From: an uncultured virus (IMG/VR IMGVR_UViG_3300049893_000201) | Taxonomy: Duplodnaviria; Heunggongvirae; Uroviricota; Caudoviricetes | Reading direction: 5' to 3' (one strand) | Length of the DNA: 64,000 nucleotides | Virus record (IMG/VR): IMGVR_UViG_3300049893_000201 | Shown here: one piece after another, positions 49,577 to 58,316 of the stretch | Position numbering within the stretch: the first letter of the stretch is position 1 | How the letters are laid out: the number at the start of each line of letters is the position of its first letter | Notes under the pieces: model-generated | What the model saw: the letters and a program-made list of their open reading frames with translations, nothing else | Databases searched by the model: none | What the model was told of the DNA's origin: nothing | Position numbers and translations under genes: made by a program

Positions 49577-50384
49577 CTTCTTTTAGATAATTGATAATAT
49601 TAATTACTTCTGCTTTAAGATAAGGTACTTCATACTTTACTATTTCATCTACTACAGGTTCTCCCATTTCATCATAAAGTACAACACGGTTATCATAAGC
49701 ATCTCTACCAGCTTCTTTAAATAGTATATGCTCTATAATCATTTTACCCGGTTTTAGTTTAGGATTATGTTTAAGAATCATATACATATAAAAGCTTAGC
49801 TGTAAAGCATAATGGTTAAGATTACAATCATCCAGATTAGTGACTGGACTAAGCATTTTATCAGTAAGTCCTTCCCAGTTAGTGTAACCGGTGCTTTTAA
49901 TTTCTTTATTTGTTTTATAATCATAGATGTGTACAAAACCATTTATTACTTCTACACGATCGGCTTGCCCACATAATCCAGCACTCTTAAGATACACCAT
50001 ATGCTCGGGATATATACCATCAGATAACTTTTGGTTTGGTGCTTTCTTAATTCCGTCATTTTCGATAGGTTTAAAAATAGATAATAAACAACCACCTTGT
50101 TCTATAGTATCACAAGAAGTATAAGCTAATTCTCTTTGGTTATGGTACCAAGTACCTAGATTAGTAGCTTTAAACGACTCATTTTTCCAGGCTTCTTTTA
50201 TCTCTTCTGGAGACATGCCATACCATTTGCTCTTTTTATTTTTAGATGATTTCTCAGCAATAAGATCAGCATCAAATGGTTTTTTGAACTTAGATATAAC
50301 ACTAGTTACACTAGTCCATATAATTCCTTCGTTAGGATCTATACTAATGTAACTATGGTCTTCCGGTTTAAATACTATCGCCAT
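49563..50384 (-). CDS. PD-(D/E)XK (RecB/Cas4-like) nuclease
   Basis: SVTSVI, GTWYH, E..V, GQADRV, IYDYKT, Y.LQLS.Y motifs. Confidence 0.85.
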   Translation of the reverse strand: MAIVFKPEDHSYISIDPNEGIIWTSVTSVISKFKKPFDADLIAEKSSKNKKSKWYGMSPEEIKEAWKNESFKATNLGTWYHNQRELAYTSCDTIEQGGCLLSIFKPIENDGIKKAPNQKLSDGIYPEHMVYLKSAGLCGQADRVEVINGFVHIYDYKTNKEIKSTGYTNWEGLTDKMLSPVTNLDDCNLNHYALQLSFYMYMILKHNPKLKPGKMIIEHILFKEAGRDAYDNRVVLYDEMGEPVVDEIVKYEVPYLKAEVINIINYLKEDGNS

Positions 50385-50700
50385 AATTATCTAATTTTAA
50401 ATTTAGCTCATCTTCTTCTTCCTCAGTCATAATAGCGTACCATCTGCCGTGAGGACAAGATGAAGACATACTTCTGGTTTTATACTTTAAAGAACATCCG
50501 CAATCTCCACAACATGGTTGTGTACCGGGTACTTCACATTTATTACCTTTAAGATCTATAAGTGGACATGATGAACATATTTCTGAACGCCACATAGCAA
50601 CCCTTTCTATTTTCTTACGGGTAAAGTAATAGTTAAATATACCCTCTAGAATAAGCCATTTATTATTCCAGATCCTTTTGATTGAGTTTAACATCCTCAT
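50368..50700 (-). CDS. Zinc-finger protein (start probably at 50700 or 50694)
   Basis: ICSSCP...CCGDCGC.L..KT......CP.GRW. Confidence 0.7.
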   Translation of the reverse strand: MRMLNSIKRIWNNKWLILEGIFNYYFTRKKIERVAMWRSEICSSCPLIDLKGNKCEVPGTQPCCGDCGCSLKYKTRSMSSSCPHGRWYAIMTEEEEDELNLKLDNYGDSI

Positions 50701-51064
50701 TCTTTTTAAGTTTAAAATCCTTTTTAGCTTGTTTATTAATATCCATTTTTTCATTAAGAGCTTTAAATCTCTTAAGTTTTTTCTGGGTTTCCATGTAAAA
50801 GTTAAACCTACCTATGCTTGCTGGGTTTATATACTTTAAGTATTCTTCATTCTTAGCAATCTGTTTATTTAGACTAGTTCTTTTAACATAAAATACACCG
50901 AGACTTTCTACATCAAGTAAAGGTTCTTCACCTGACTCCATATACTTTCTTACTGCTGCCCAGTAGAATGACACTACATCATCTACATAGGACTCGGATA
51001 ATTCTAGATCCTTAGCTGTATCCTTAATTAACTGATTAGGCTTTTTGGGATTCAACATGGACAA
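50663..51064 (-). CDS. IHF/HU-like DNA-binding protein
   Basis: LIKDTAKDLELSESYVDDVV...LDVESLGVFYVK matches the HU fold pattern. Confidence 0.7.
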   Translation of the reverse strand: MSMLNPKKPNQLIKDTAKDLELSESYVDDVVSFYWAAVRKYMESGEEPLLDVESLGVFYVKRTSLNKQIAKNEEYLKYINPASIGRFNFYMETQKKLKRFKALNEKMDINKQAKKDFKLKKNEDVKLNQKDLE

Positions 51065-51407
51065 ACTTGTAATCTAAAAGTATATTACCATTAATCTGTA
51101 TCTTCAGATCGTCACTAAGAGAAATCTTCTTCTTACTCTTTCCCTTCTTTATGATAAGGCTTTTTTTCTCAGCCTTAGTAATAGCGTTTCTAACAGATTG
51201 GCTGCTACCAAAAATGTTATTCTTAGTAGCAGCTTCACAAAATTCTGTTAGTTCTTTCTCACCTGAAAGAGCAAGAAAAGTAAGACAGCTTAGATCCTGA
51301 TCAGATACATTTAATGCTTTTAAATGACAATGCACAGCTAGTTGGAACTTAACTATACTCCATAAGTCCATCCTAACCGTTTTACGTACCTGATTTACTA
51401 TAGCCAT
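51036..51407 (-). CDS. Putative winged-helix DNA-binding protein
   Basis: SSQSVRNAITKAEKKSLIIK resembles a wHTH recognition helix and wing. Confidence 0.55.
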   Translation of the reverse strand: MAIVNQVRKTVRMDLWSIVKFQLAVHCHLKALNVSDQDLSCLTFLALSGEKELTEFCEAATKNNIFGSSQSVRNAITKAEKKSLIIKKGKSKKKISLSDDLKIQINGNILLDYKFVHVESQKA

Positions 51408-51673
51408 TACTTATCTTTTTTAAGTGTTCTAACTCTTGGAGGAGCATCAGTTGGCGTCTCCTCACCTTCTTCAGATCCTTCTGGAGCTGGTGCAATAATT
51501 TGTGCTTGACGCATACTAGCTACAAGACGACGTAGTCTTTGTTCTTCAATGTCGCTAATAAGAGTTTCATATTGTAACTGGATGGTAAGAAGCTCAATTT
51601 GTTCTTTGTAAGATACAATAAGTTCTACTTTTTTAGCAGTCATTTCTTCTGCTGTAGGTTGTTGGTTTTCCAT
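51407..51673 (-). CDS. Small coiled-coil protein
   Basis: 88-aa ORF directly after a canonical promoter. Confidence 0.65.
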   Translation of the reverse strand: MENQQPTAEEMTAKKVELIVSYKEQIELLTIQLQYETLISDIEEQRLRRLVASMRQAQIIAPAPEGSEEGEETPTDAPPRVRTLKKDK

Positions 51674-51695
51674 ATATAAATACTTTAAGTTTAAA

Positions 51696-51726
51696 CAAAT
51701 ATATGATAAAAAGTTTAAACTCCAAA
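51696..51726 (-). promoter_or_regulatory. Bacteroidota sigma-A type promoter
   Basis: Minus strand TTTG-N19-TATATTTG, matching the -33/-7 consensus TTTG-N19-21-TAnnTTTG. Confidence 0.75.
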
Positions 51727-51735
51727 TGTTTACAC

Positions 51736-51767
51736 AAAAAAATACCCAGGCACGTTTGCCCAGGTAT
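51736..51767 (-). terminator. Intrinsic terminator
   Basis: Minus strand ATACCTGGGC-AAACGT-GCCTGGGTAT followed by a T-tract. Confidence 0.7.
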
Positions 51768-51795
51768 CCTAACCTAAATTACTAACCTATGTGAA

Positions 51796-52140
51796 TTAAG
51801 ACTTTTTAGAGTCTTCTTTCTTAGCTTTTATATATCCAGTAAGCTCTGCAATGTTAGTACTTAACTGCGTCATGTGTGTAGTTAAGTTATCCATCTTTAG
51901 ATCAAGCTTCTCGTGAGCAGCTTTCTGGTCTTCTTTAAGTGCTTCCATACGATTATAAATTGTATTCTCTTTAGCCATAAGATCCGCTTCTAAGGACCCC
52001 ATGTCTTCAGTTAGTTTATCCACCTTGCCTTTAAGTTTACCTATCTCTTGTTTTAGAGCAAAGTAAGCTGATAACCCTGACCCTACACCTGTCATAATCC
52101 AGATAACATCTTTAAGGGTGAATGTCCAAGTCTCTACCAT
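51796..52140 (-). CDS. Single-pass membrane coiled-coil protein (holin-like)
   Basis: N-terminal hydrophobic helix followed by a heptad coil. Confidence 0.5.
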   Translation of the reverse strand: MVETWTFTLKDVIWIMTGVGSGLSAYFALKQEIGKLKGKVDKLTEDMGSLEADLMAKENTIYNRMEALKEDQKAAHEKLDLKMDNLTTHMTQLSTNIAELTGYIKAKKEDSKKS

Positions 52141-52141
52141 C

Positions 52142-52771
52142 TTAGTAAATTTTTTGTAGTATTGCTATTTCAGAGTATATAGAATTTTGAGGACTCGTGC
52201 CATCCCATTGAGCGGTTACTACAAGTTCATTATCTACGGTAGCATCAAAGGTAGTATTATTTTCTTCTGTAAAGTTTGTACCATTAAAGGAAGTTGCTGC
52301 ATTTTGAGTATAATTAAACATACCTCCAGACATAATGGTAGCTACACCGGCAATTCCTACTTCACGAATAGTAAAGTATACATTTAATTCCCAATGTTTA
52401 TCAGTAGCTGCAGCTAAAATCATATTACCTGTAGTACCAAAAATAGCCCCTGTAGTAGAAGCAATAGTTATAGTAAGACCTGCATTATTTCTAGAGCCTA
52501 GGTGACCCAGCATTTTTAAATGAAAAGAATCACCTATTTTAAAGGTATTAGCAGGAACTGATAAAGATCCTACACCTTGCCCTAATAAATTACCAGGTGT
52601 TACAGTATTTGTAATAATTGCACTATTCTTAGTCTCAGCAAATAGACCTTTACCAAGATTACCTTGCTCAAGACCTGTAGCTATTGCATCTAAGCCCTGT
52701 AGTACCTTTAACTCGTAGTTAAAGTTTGAGCCTTTGTCTCCTTCTTTTGGATTACCGTTTCCTAATGACAT
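52142..52771 (-). CDS. Fibre/spike-like structural protein
   Basis: N-terminal anchor-like peptide plus a beta-rich domain (SVPANTFKIGD) similar to the C-terminus of 53674..54762 (LIPANTFTVNN). Confidence 0.55.
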   Translation of the reverse strand: MSLGNGNPKEGDKGSNFNYELKVLQGLDAIATGLEQGNLGKGLFAETKNSAIITNTVTPGNLLGQGVGSLSVPANTFKIGDSFHLKMLGHLGSRNNAGLTITIASTTGAIFGTTGNMILAAATDKHWELNVYFTIREVGIAGVATIMSGGMFNYTQNAATSFNGTNFTEENNTTFDATVDNELVVTAQWDGTSPQNSIYSEIAILQKIY

Positions 52772-52773
52772 AG

Positions 52774-52878
52774 TTATAAGGCATTAAGGATCCGTTGCAG
52801 GAGACGTAGCACCTGCAACTGGAACCTATAGTTAGACTTTTTATTACCGCTAGTGTAGTTATTATTACCTAGTGCCAT
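52774..52878 (-). CDS. 34-aa peptide paralogous to the N-terminus of the downstream fibre gene (MALGNNNYTSGNKKSNYRFQLQVLRLLQRILNAL)
   Basis: Translated by hand; aligns without gaps to MSLGNGNPKEGDKGSNFNYELKVLQGLDAIATGL. Confidence 0.75.
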   Translation of the reverse strand: MALGNNNYTSGNKKSNYRFQLQVLRLLQRILNAL

Positions 52879-52888
52879 AGTAAATGTA

Positions 52889-53386
52889 TTAGTCAATTAC
52901 TGTAAAGTGAATTTTTACAACTGCGTTTAATGCAGCAGATCCACCATTACCTAAACGTATACTAAAAAAACCATTACTTACACCAACTATAAGTGGTACA
53001 GGAATTCCATTAGCAGCACCTGCGTATTCACAAGTTAATTGTACTTTAGATGTAGCTGTTACATATGAGCTATAAACTCTAAAAGAACCTGCCTCTGTGC
53101 TATTAGCTGCAGTACTTGCAGCTACTGTAGTAACAATTCCTGATGCGGCATTTACAGTTACTGCTGTTATAATAGATGTTAACTGTGTAACATTTGCTGT
53201 ATCATACAGAGCAGGTGCTATACTTGCTGCAAAATCAGCAACGGGAATAGCATAGTTTTGATACTTATCTCCACGCTTGGTGTATGATACATCTGCTCCA
53301 AGAACCATAAGGTCAGTAGCAGGGTTTTCAACAGTAGTTCTGGTGAATTTTTGCTTTACTAGATAAAGCCAGTTTAAAATGTCCAT
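52889..53386 (-). CDS. Decoration/fibre-like structural protein
   Basis: VTQLTSI.TAVTVNA.SG...V....GFFSI beta-rich domain. Confidence 0.55.
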   Translation of the reverse strand: MDILNWLYLVKQKFTRTTVENPATDLMVLGADVSYTKRGDKYQNYAIPVADFAASIAPALYDTANVTQLTSIITAVTVNAASGIVTTVAASTAANSTEAGSFRVYSSYVTATSKVQLTCEYAGAANGIPVPLIVGVSNGFFSIRLGNGGSAALNAVVKIHFTVID

Positions 53387-53440
53387 AGTTTTTAAGATTT
53401 GAGTTAATTATACTATAAGACTAAGATACAAAAAGTTATC

Positions 53441-53674
53441 TTAATTTCCAAGATTTAAATCTAGTTTAAGCATTGTAACAATATCAGTAGCATTCTGTAC
53501 TTGATTACCATCTATAACAAAATTATCGTCAAATAGAATAGCTTCACCATCTAACTCTATTAAGACTTGAGTACTACTTAGAATCAAATGTGAATTTGTT
53601 AAGTATTCAGTAGTAAACAAGCGCGGCTCATCTCTGAAAATTACACCTGTTTCAGTTGTCGTTACTTGTTCCAT
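53441..53674 (-). CDS. Small hypothetical protein
   Basis: 77 aa, coupled to the upstream fibre gene. Confidence 0.55.
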   Translation of the reverse strand: MEQVTTTETGVIFRDEPRLFTTEYLTNSHLILSSTQVLIELDGEAILFDDNFVIDGNQVQNATDIVTMLKLDLNLGN

Positions 53675-54762
53675 TATGCGTATTTTTCTATCGTGTAACC
53701 ACTTGTTAAACCTCCGGTATCTGTTGCTCCGCTATGACCAATGGCAAAAATAATATATTTATTGGTAGTCCAATCTATATTAATAGAACTAGCTGCGCTA
53801 GATTGTACTACATCATCAGTATTTGAACTTAATGTAGTCGGATATAGTTGTGTAGAGGTAGCAGATTTAATATACATATCTCGCTTTACACCATTAGTCC
53901 TATTATTTGTAGTTAAGATTCCTAATTGTGTAGCTCCTGTAAGTGATGCAGAGGTATTTATATAGATGTAAAAACTAGTATTAGCATTAGCTGTTGATTT
54001 AATAAAACGAACATATATGCGAATCACATTATTTACAGTAAATGTATTAGCCGGTATTAACTGACTTGAGGTAAGAGTAATAGTCGTAGTACTTGATACC
54101 GGGGTACCATCCGTAGCAGATGCATAACGAGCAAGTGTATTTTGCTTACCATTAAACGTATTCCAATCTGTAGAACTTAAGTATCCGTTAGTAGAAGTTG
54201 TTGCCTGGCTAATTGATATAGCTGGGGTAGTACCTCCACTAGATGCAATGGGAGCAGTACCTGTTACTGATGTAACTGTACCTCCACTTGATGGGCTAGT
54301 ATTAGTAATTGTAAAGTTAGGATAAGTTCCTGTTACACTTATACCAGTTCCTGATGAAAGAGCTACAGTCTGATCGGGAGCAGAATTAGTAACAGTTATA
54401 GTACCTGAGGTAGTAATTGGATTTGTACCAGATAAACTTATACCTGTACCTGCAGCAAGTTGCACAGAAGTTACCGTACCCGTATTACTAGTATATCCAG
54501 ATGGATTAGTAAGTGGATAGTATGTAGCCGCTGCTGATGCTATAGTTAGATACGGGGATAAGGAAGATGCTGTAATGTAACCAGATGGATTACTTGCATC
54601 ATACTTTAAGTTTAAAGCAGCCTGTAAGTCTAGCTGTGCGGATAAAGTACCTGTAATAGTACCCCATACAGCTGCACCAGGAGGAGATGTAGATAAAATG
54701 TCATAGATCTCCTGAAGTCTTTCAAGAGTAATGACCTCAAATCTATTTGTAGTAGCGCTCAT
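53674..54762 (-). CDS. Tail/head fibre protein, Ser/Thr-rich
   Basis: WGTITGTLSAQLDLQAAL, NPSGY x2, GTVTSV x2 and GYLSSTDWNTFNGKQ fibre shaft motifs. Confidence 0.7.
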   Translation of the reverse strand: MSATTNRFEVITLERLQEIYDILSTSPPGAAVWGTITGTLSAQLDLQAALNLKYDASNPSGYITASSLSPYLTIASAAATYYPLTNPSGYTSNTGTVTSVQLAAGTGISLSGTNPITTSGTITVTNSAPDQTVALSSGTGISVTGTYPNFTITNTSPSSGGTVTSVTGTAPIASSGGTTPAISISQATTSTNGYLSSTDWNTFNGKQNTLARYASATDGTPVSSTTTITLTSSQLIPANTFTVNNVIRIYVRFIKSTANANTSFYIYINTSASLTGATQLGILTTNNRTNGVKRDMYIKSATSTQLYPTTLSSNTDDVVQSSAASSINIDWTTNKYIIFAIGHSGATDTGGLTSGYTIEKYA

Positions 54763-55190
54763 TAGAACTGTACAAATGTATCTAAGATATACCAGCTATC
54801 TGCATTAGTAGGGTTAGCCTCTAAAGTAACTGCACCTAAATCACCTATTGATGGTGGCGCTGTAAGAGTTACGGTGGCATATGTACCCTCATCTATCTGT
54901 ACACCAGATACAGGAGTTATTATAACATCATCAGCAGATGTGTTCTTTACAACTACAGTCTGACCGTTAAGATTATACGTACTAGGTATATATAAGTTAA
55001 CTGCTCCACCAGTAGTAGGACCAACAACATTAACATAAGTTAAATAACTAGTAAACTGAGCACAATTTAGTGTATAGTCAGTAATACCCTCAGCAAAGTA
55101 GTCTAGTGTTATCACATTAGGTGCTCCAATAGGAGTAGACTCTTGATTAGGTATAGTAATTACATTATTAGCAAAGTAGTTATTTGGCAT
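54762..55190 (-). CDS. Beta-rich structural protein (fibre-associated)
   Basis: GQTVVVKN...ITP..G.QIDEG...TL motif. Confidence 0.5.
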   Translation of the reverse strand: MPNNYFANNVITIPNQESTPIGAPNVITLDYFAEGITDYTLNCAQFTSYLTYVNVVGPTTGGAVNLYIPSTYNLNGQTVVVKNTSADDVIITPVSGVQIDEGTYATVTLTAPPSIGDLGAVTLEANPTNADSWYILDTFVQF

Positions 55191-55480
55191 TATTTAAATC
55201 TTTTATTATTACCTTTTCCATTACGAGCTCTATTAGTAGACTTGGATTCTTTTACAAGTTTACCTTTTTTAGTATGAGACATATCTTTACCGTCTCCATT
55301 ACCATACGTTCCCGCACGTCGGTTGGCATTATTTAATTTCTCTCTATATGCAACTCGCTCAGGGCTAGAATGATACTCTTTATTATAGGCATCTTTCTTA
55401 GCTCTTGCTTCTGGATGTGATGCAAAGTATTTAGCAGACTTAGATTTACCCGTAGATTTCCCAGCTAACTTATTTCTCAT
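55190..55480 (-). CDS. Small basic protein with an HNH-like motif
   Basis: GNGDGKDMSH...STNRARNG. Confidence 0.55.
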   Translation of the reverse strand: MRNKLAGKSTGKSKSAKYFASHPEARAKKDAYNKEYHSSPERVAYREKLNNANRRAGTYGNGDGKDMSHTKKGKLVKESKSTNRARNGKGNNKRFK

Positions 55481-55563
55481 AATATAAAATTATTAAAAAA
55501 TTTTCATAAAAGGTTAGTAAGTTAAAAAATTTTTCATAAACTTGTATAAGATATCTATATCTT

Positions 55564-56562
55564 ATGAACATAACTGCTACCGGTAAACTCGCTAAAAAGT
55601 ATCTTAAGAAGTATCCTAATCTTCCCATCCTGACTATTGCTAAACTAATGCACTCTGAAAATGATATGCACTTTAACAGTGTGGATCATGCACGTTCATC
55701 ACTTAAGCGTCACGCTGGACTAGGTGGTAAAGAAACTAGAAAGAATGTAGATCCTGAACTTCAGAGACCTATAACATACAACTACGCACCCTTTAAAGAC
55801 ATACCAAAGTCATTCAAGTCAGGACCTAATGACTTTATATTACCCAAAGATGCTAATCATATTTTGCTTCTTTCTGATGTTCATTTTCCTTACCATGATG
55901 AAGAAGCTCTTGCTGCAGCTATTCAGTATGGAATGGAAAAAGAAATTAATACGGTACTTCTCAACGGAGACATTCTAGACTTTTACCAGTTATCTAGATT
56001 TGATAAAGATCCAAGTAAACCTAAGATGAAGGTAGAACTTGAGCAGGGTAGATGGTTTATGAAAGCATTACGTGAAGCATTTCCTAAGGCAAGAATCTAT
56101 TACAAGATTGGTAATCATGAAGATAGATTAGAGAAGTGGTTAAGAATTAAAGCTCCAGAGTGGATAGGTACAGAAGAGTTTGAGTTAAAGATGCTACTAA
56201 GGTTTGGAGAAAACCAAATACAACTTATAGATTCTGAAGCTACTATAAAAGTTGGTAACCTAAATATTATCCACGGTCATGAGTACATAGGCGGAGGTAC
56301 TGTAAATCCAGCAAGAAACTTATACCTTAAAGCTAAGGCTAGTACTATATGTGGACACTTCCATAGAAAGTCTGAGTTTACAACTAGAGATATTAATAAT
56401 AAAATACAGGGAGCGTGGACAACAGGATGTCTATGTGAACTATACCCAGAATATATGAAAGGTCACAGCGATTGGGTACACGGATTTGCTGTAGTTAAAG
56501 TAGAGAAGGACGGTAATTTTTCAGTAGAAAACAAAATGATCATTGATGGTGTAATAGTATAG
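55564..56562 (+). CDS. Calcineurin-like metallophosphoesterase with an N-terminal HTH-like extension
   Basis: SDVH, NGDILD, GNHE, HGHE, GHFH motifs. Confidence 0.9.
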   Translation: MNITATGKLAKKYLKKYPNLPILTIAKLMHSENDMHFNSVDHARSSLKRHAGLGGKETRKNVDPELQRPITYNYAPFKDIPKSFKSGPNDFILPKDANHILLLSDVHFPYHDEEALAAAIQYGMEKEINTVLLNGDILDFYQLSRFDKDPSKPKMKVELEQGRWFMKALREAFPKARIYYKIGNHEDRLEKWLRIKAPEWIGTEEFELKMLLRFGENQIQLIDSEATIKVGNLNIIHGHEYIGGGTVNPARNLYLKAKASTICGHFHRKSEFTTRDINNKIQGAWTTGCLCELYPEYMKGHSDWVHGFAVVKVEKDGNFSVENKMIIDGVIV

Positions 56563-56564
56563 TC

Positions 56565-56786
56565 ATGGCAACAACTATAAAAGCTGGTATTCATATAGAT
56601 CCTCTAAGTGAAGAGCAAAATACTCCTGAGGTATATATAGACCATGCTATTATACAAGTGTATAGCCAAGAAGATATTATGGTATTACAGTTTACATATG
56701 AAGAGCTGCGTGGTATCATGGCCATCATGGCAGCAGAACAAGAGAAAACACATCTGCGCATTCAGGCTATCGGTAGGAGTAACTAG
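56565..56786 (+). CDS. Small hypothetical protein
   Basis: 73 aa, starts 2 nt after the phosphoesterase stop. Confidence 0.6.
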   Translation: MATTIKAGIHIDPLSEEQNTPEVYIDHAIIQVYSQEDIMVLQFTYEELRGIMAIMAAEQEKTHLRIQAIGRSN

Positions 56787-56867
56787 AACATCGGGGTACC
56801 CTCATCCATGTTCATATACCAGCTAAAGAGCATCCACCTTAAGTCATCAGATAACCGGGGTAAGTGA

Positions 56868-57104
56868 TTATAAATCTCGTTTACTTCTTTCATAATCTTT
56901 CCATTCTATATAAAATCCTATTGCTACTAGGATGTTCATCCCAAATGAACTAATGATCTCTACCATATCTTCGTATATGTTGAGACTTAAGTGGACATGC
57001 CCCACAATCCAAAACGGTATTGCCAGATTGCTGGATATCCACAGGAGTAAAAACTTTAGAAAACTTTTTATTGCCACGGTTATATAACTGGTACAAAGAT
57101 ACAT
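56868..57104 (-). CDS. Small two-helix membrane protein
   Basis: KFLLLWISSNLAIPFWIVGHVHL...SFGMNILVAIGF hydrophobic segments; start uncertain. Confidence 0.55.
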   Translation of the reverse strand: MYLCTSYITVAIKSFLKFLLLWISSNLAIPFWIVGHVHLSLNIYEDMVEIISSFGMNILVAIGFYIEWKDYERSKRDL

Positions 57105-57360
57105 TTATTATGTCTATCTCATCTACTTTATCGGGACCCGCTATATTAATAATAAACAAGGTAAACTTATAGTAGTCTAGCGGGTTATTATCAAATGGGC
57201 GCGTTTTAAGTATTTCTGAGTTCATCTTGTAACAAATATATACATAAAAATGTTACCACACTATAGTATGGTTTAACAGTCATTAGCCCCGGTTTTACTG
57301 GTTAATGCATAGTATACCATACCATAACCTGCTTTATAAGAAACTAAAAAGCGGTGTTTT

Positions 57361-57860
57361 ATACCCTATAAGGTATGTTATGTACCCGCTTGGGTATAGT
57401 ATGTAAAATGCTATACCCGATAAGGTATGAGTTAGATGTTAAAAACCACATCTGTCTCAGATATTTTAAAAATTGTGACAAGTCCTGTCACAAATTTAGC
57501 AAACTTTTGTGACGAGCTTGGTCGGTACTTGGTGGGTACTTGGTCGGTACTTGGGGGAAGTATAGTAAACTTTTGCGACAAGCTATTGTGGAAAATATTC
57601 TCCAAAATCAGGCTTTTAGTGGAAAATAATCCCCAAATGGTACACGCTAATCCGCCATTACTGGAAAATTTTAGGAGTATTGGCAACTTATAAAATGCCA
57701 AACTCGGAAGTAAAAAGGTGCCAAACTCAGAAGTGTAATTCGGGAAATACCCGAGATAGTGCATGAATTTTTCCAGAAAATGCATGCAGAATTATATGCA
57801 TTTAATATGTAATTGCTCCTAAAAGTGCCCATTTTTTAATTCTAATATGCTTTTGCATAT
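57361..57860. repeat. Non-coding array of different duplicated or palindromic motifs
   Basis: RTACCC-N4-RGGTAT x3; TTGTGACA-N5-TGTCACAA; CTTGGTSGGTA x3.5; GTGGAAAATAWTCYCCAAA x2; TGCCAAACTCRGAAGT x2; further small palindromes. Confidence 0.85.
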
Positions 57861-57875
57861 AGTCAGTTTATTACA

Positions 57876-58316
57876 CTACTTGTGCTTATCTAAATAGGCA
57901 ATAGCTTTTTTCATAATGCTTGGGCTATCTTTAAAGAACCCTAATCCACTATTACAGTTGTTGCACAATAGTGATCGAACCTTACCTGTTTTATGGCAAT
58001 GGTCTACTGAAAAATCTTTAGAATAATCATCTCTATGTATATTACATATACCACAAGAATAGTTTTGTTCTATAAGTTTAAGCTCATACTCTTCACTGGT
58101 TAGATTATACTTTAACTTCCTTTGATATGCTTTATGGTAATCTATATTTCTGGCGATGTTAGCACAAAACTTACAAGGAGAATTAAACCTATAATGCTTA
58201 TTATGCTTTACATCATGTTTTATATAAAACTCAGTAACCGGTAATACCTCATTACAGCGGTTACATTTTTTTGTCGCACCACTTTCTAGTAACTGCTCTA
58301 ACTTTTCTTTTGTCAT
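57876..58316 (-). CDS. Endonuclease VII-family (HNH) nuclease, possibly a free-standing homing endonuclease
   Basis: KKCNRC...CKFC; YNLT.EEY...Q...CGIC; VDHCHKTGKVRSLLCNNCNSGLG.FKD; probable start MTKEK at 58316. Confidence 0.85.
   Translation of the reverse strand: MTKEKLEQLLESGATKKCNRCNEVLPVTEFYIKHDVKHNKHYRFNSPCKFCANIARNIDYHKAYQRKLKYNLTSEEYELKLIEQNYSCGICNIHRDDYSKDFSVDHCHKTGKVRSLLCNNCNSGLGFFKDSPSIMKKAIAYLDKHK

Noticed and set aside
874..53965. Many short antisense or alternate-frame ORFs nested in long genes (e.g. 874..1110, 14349..15153, 31840..32193, 42830..43264, 43552..43995)
   Set aside because: Fully overlap well-supported genes; shadow ORFs from codon bias
56786..56866. Minus-strand CTGATGA followed by a weak stem, suggesting a hammerhead ribozyme between convergent genes
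   Set aside because: No GAAA after the putative stem II and no consistent stems I/III; more likely terminator-type structure
56950..57225. 91-aa minus-strand ORF right after a TATATTTG box
   Set aside because: Overlaps the more protein-like membrane ORF 56868..57104 by 155 nt; cannot decide whether it is real, so not called
57474..57492. CRP site
   Set aside because: TGTGA and TCACA are 9 nt apart, not 6
57361..57860. CRISPR array or coding ORFs (57432..57785 -, 57436..57693 +)
   Set aside because: No constant repeat with unique spacers; the ORFs merely translate the DNA repeats and overlap each other antisense
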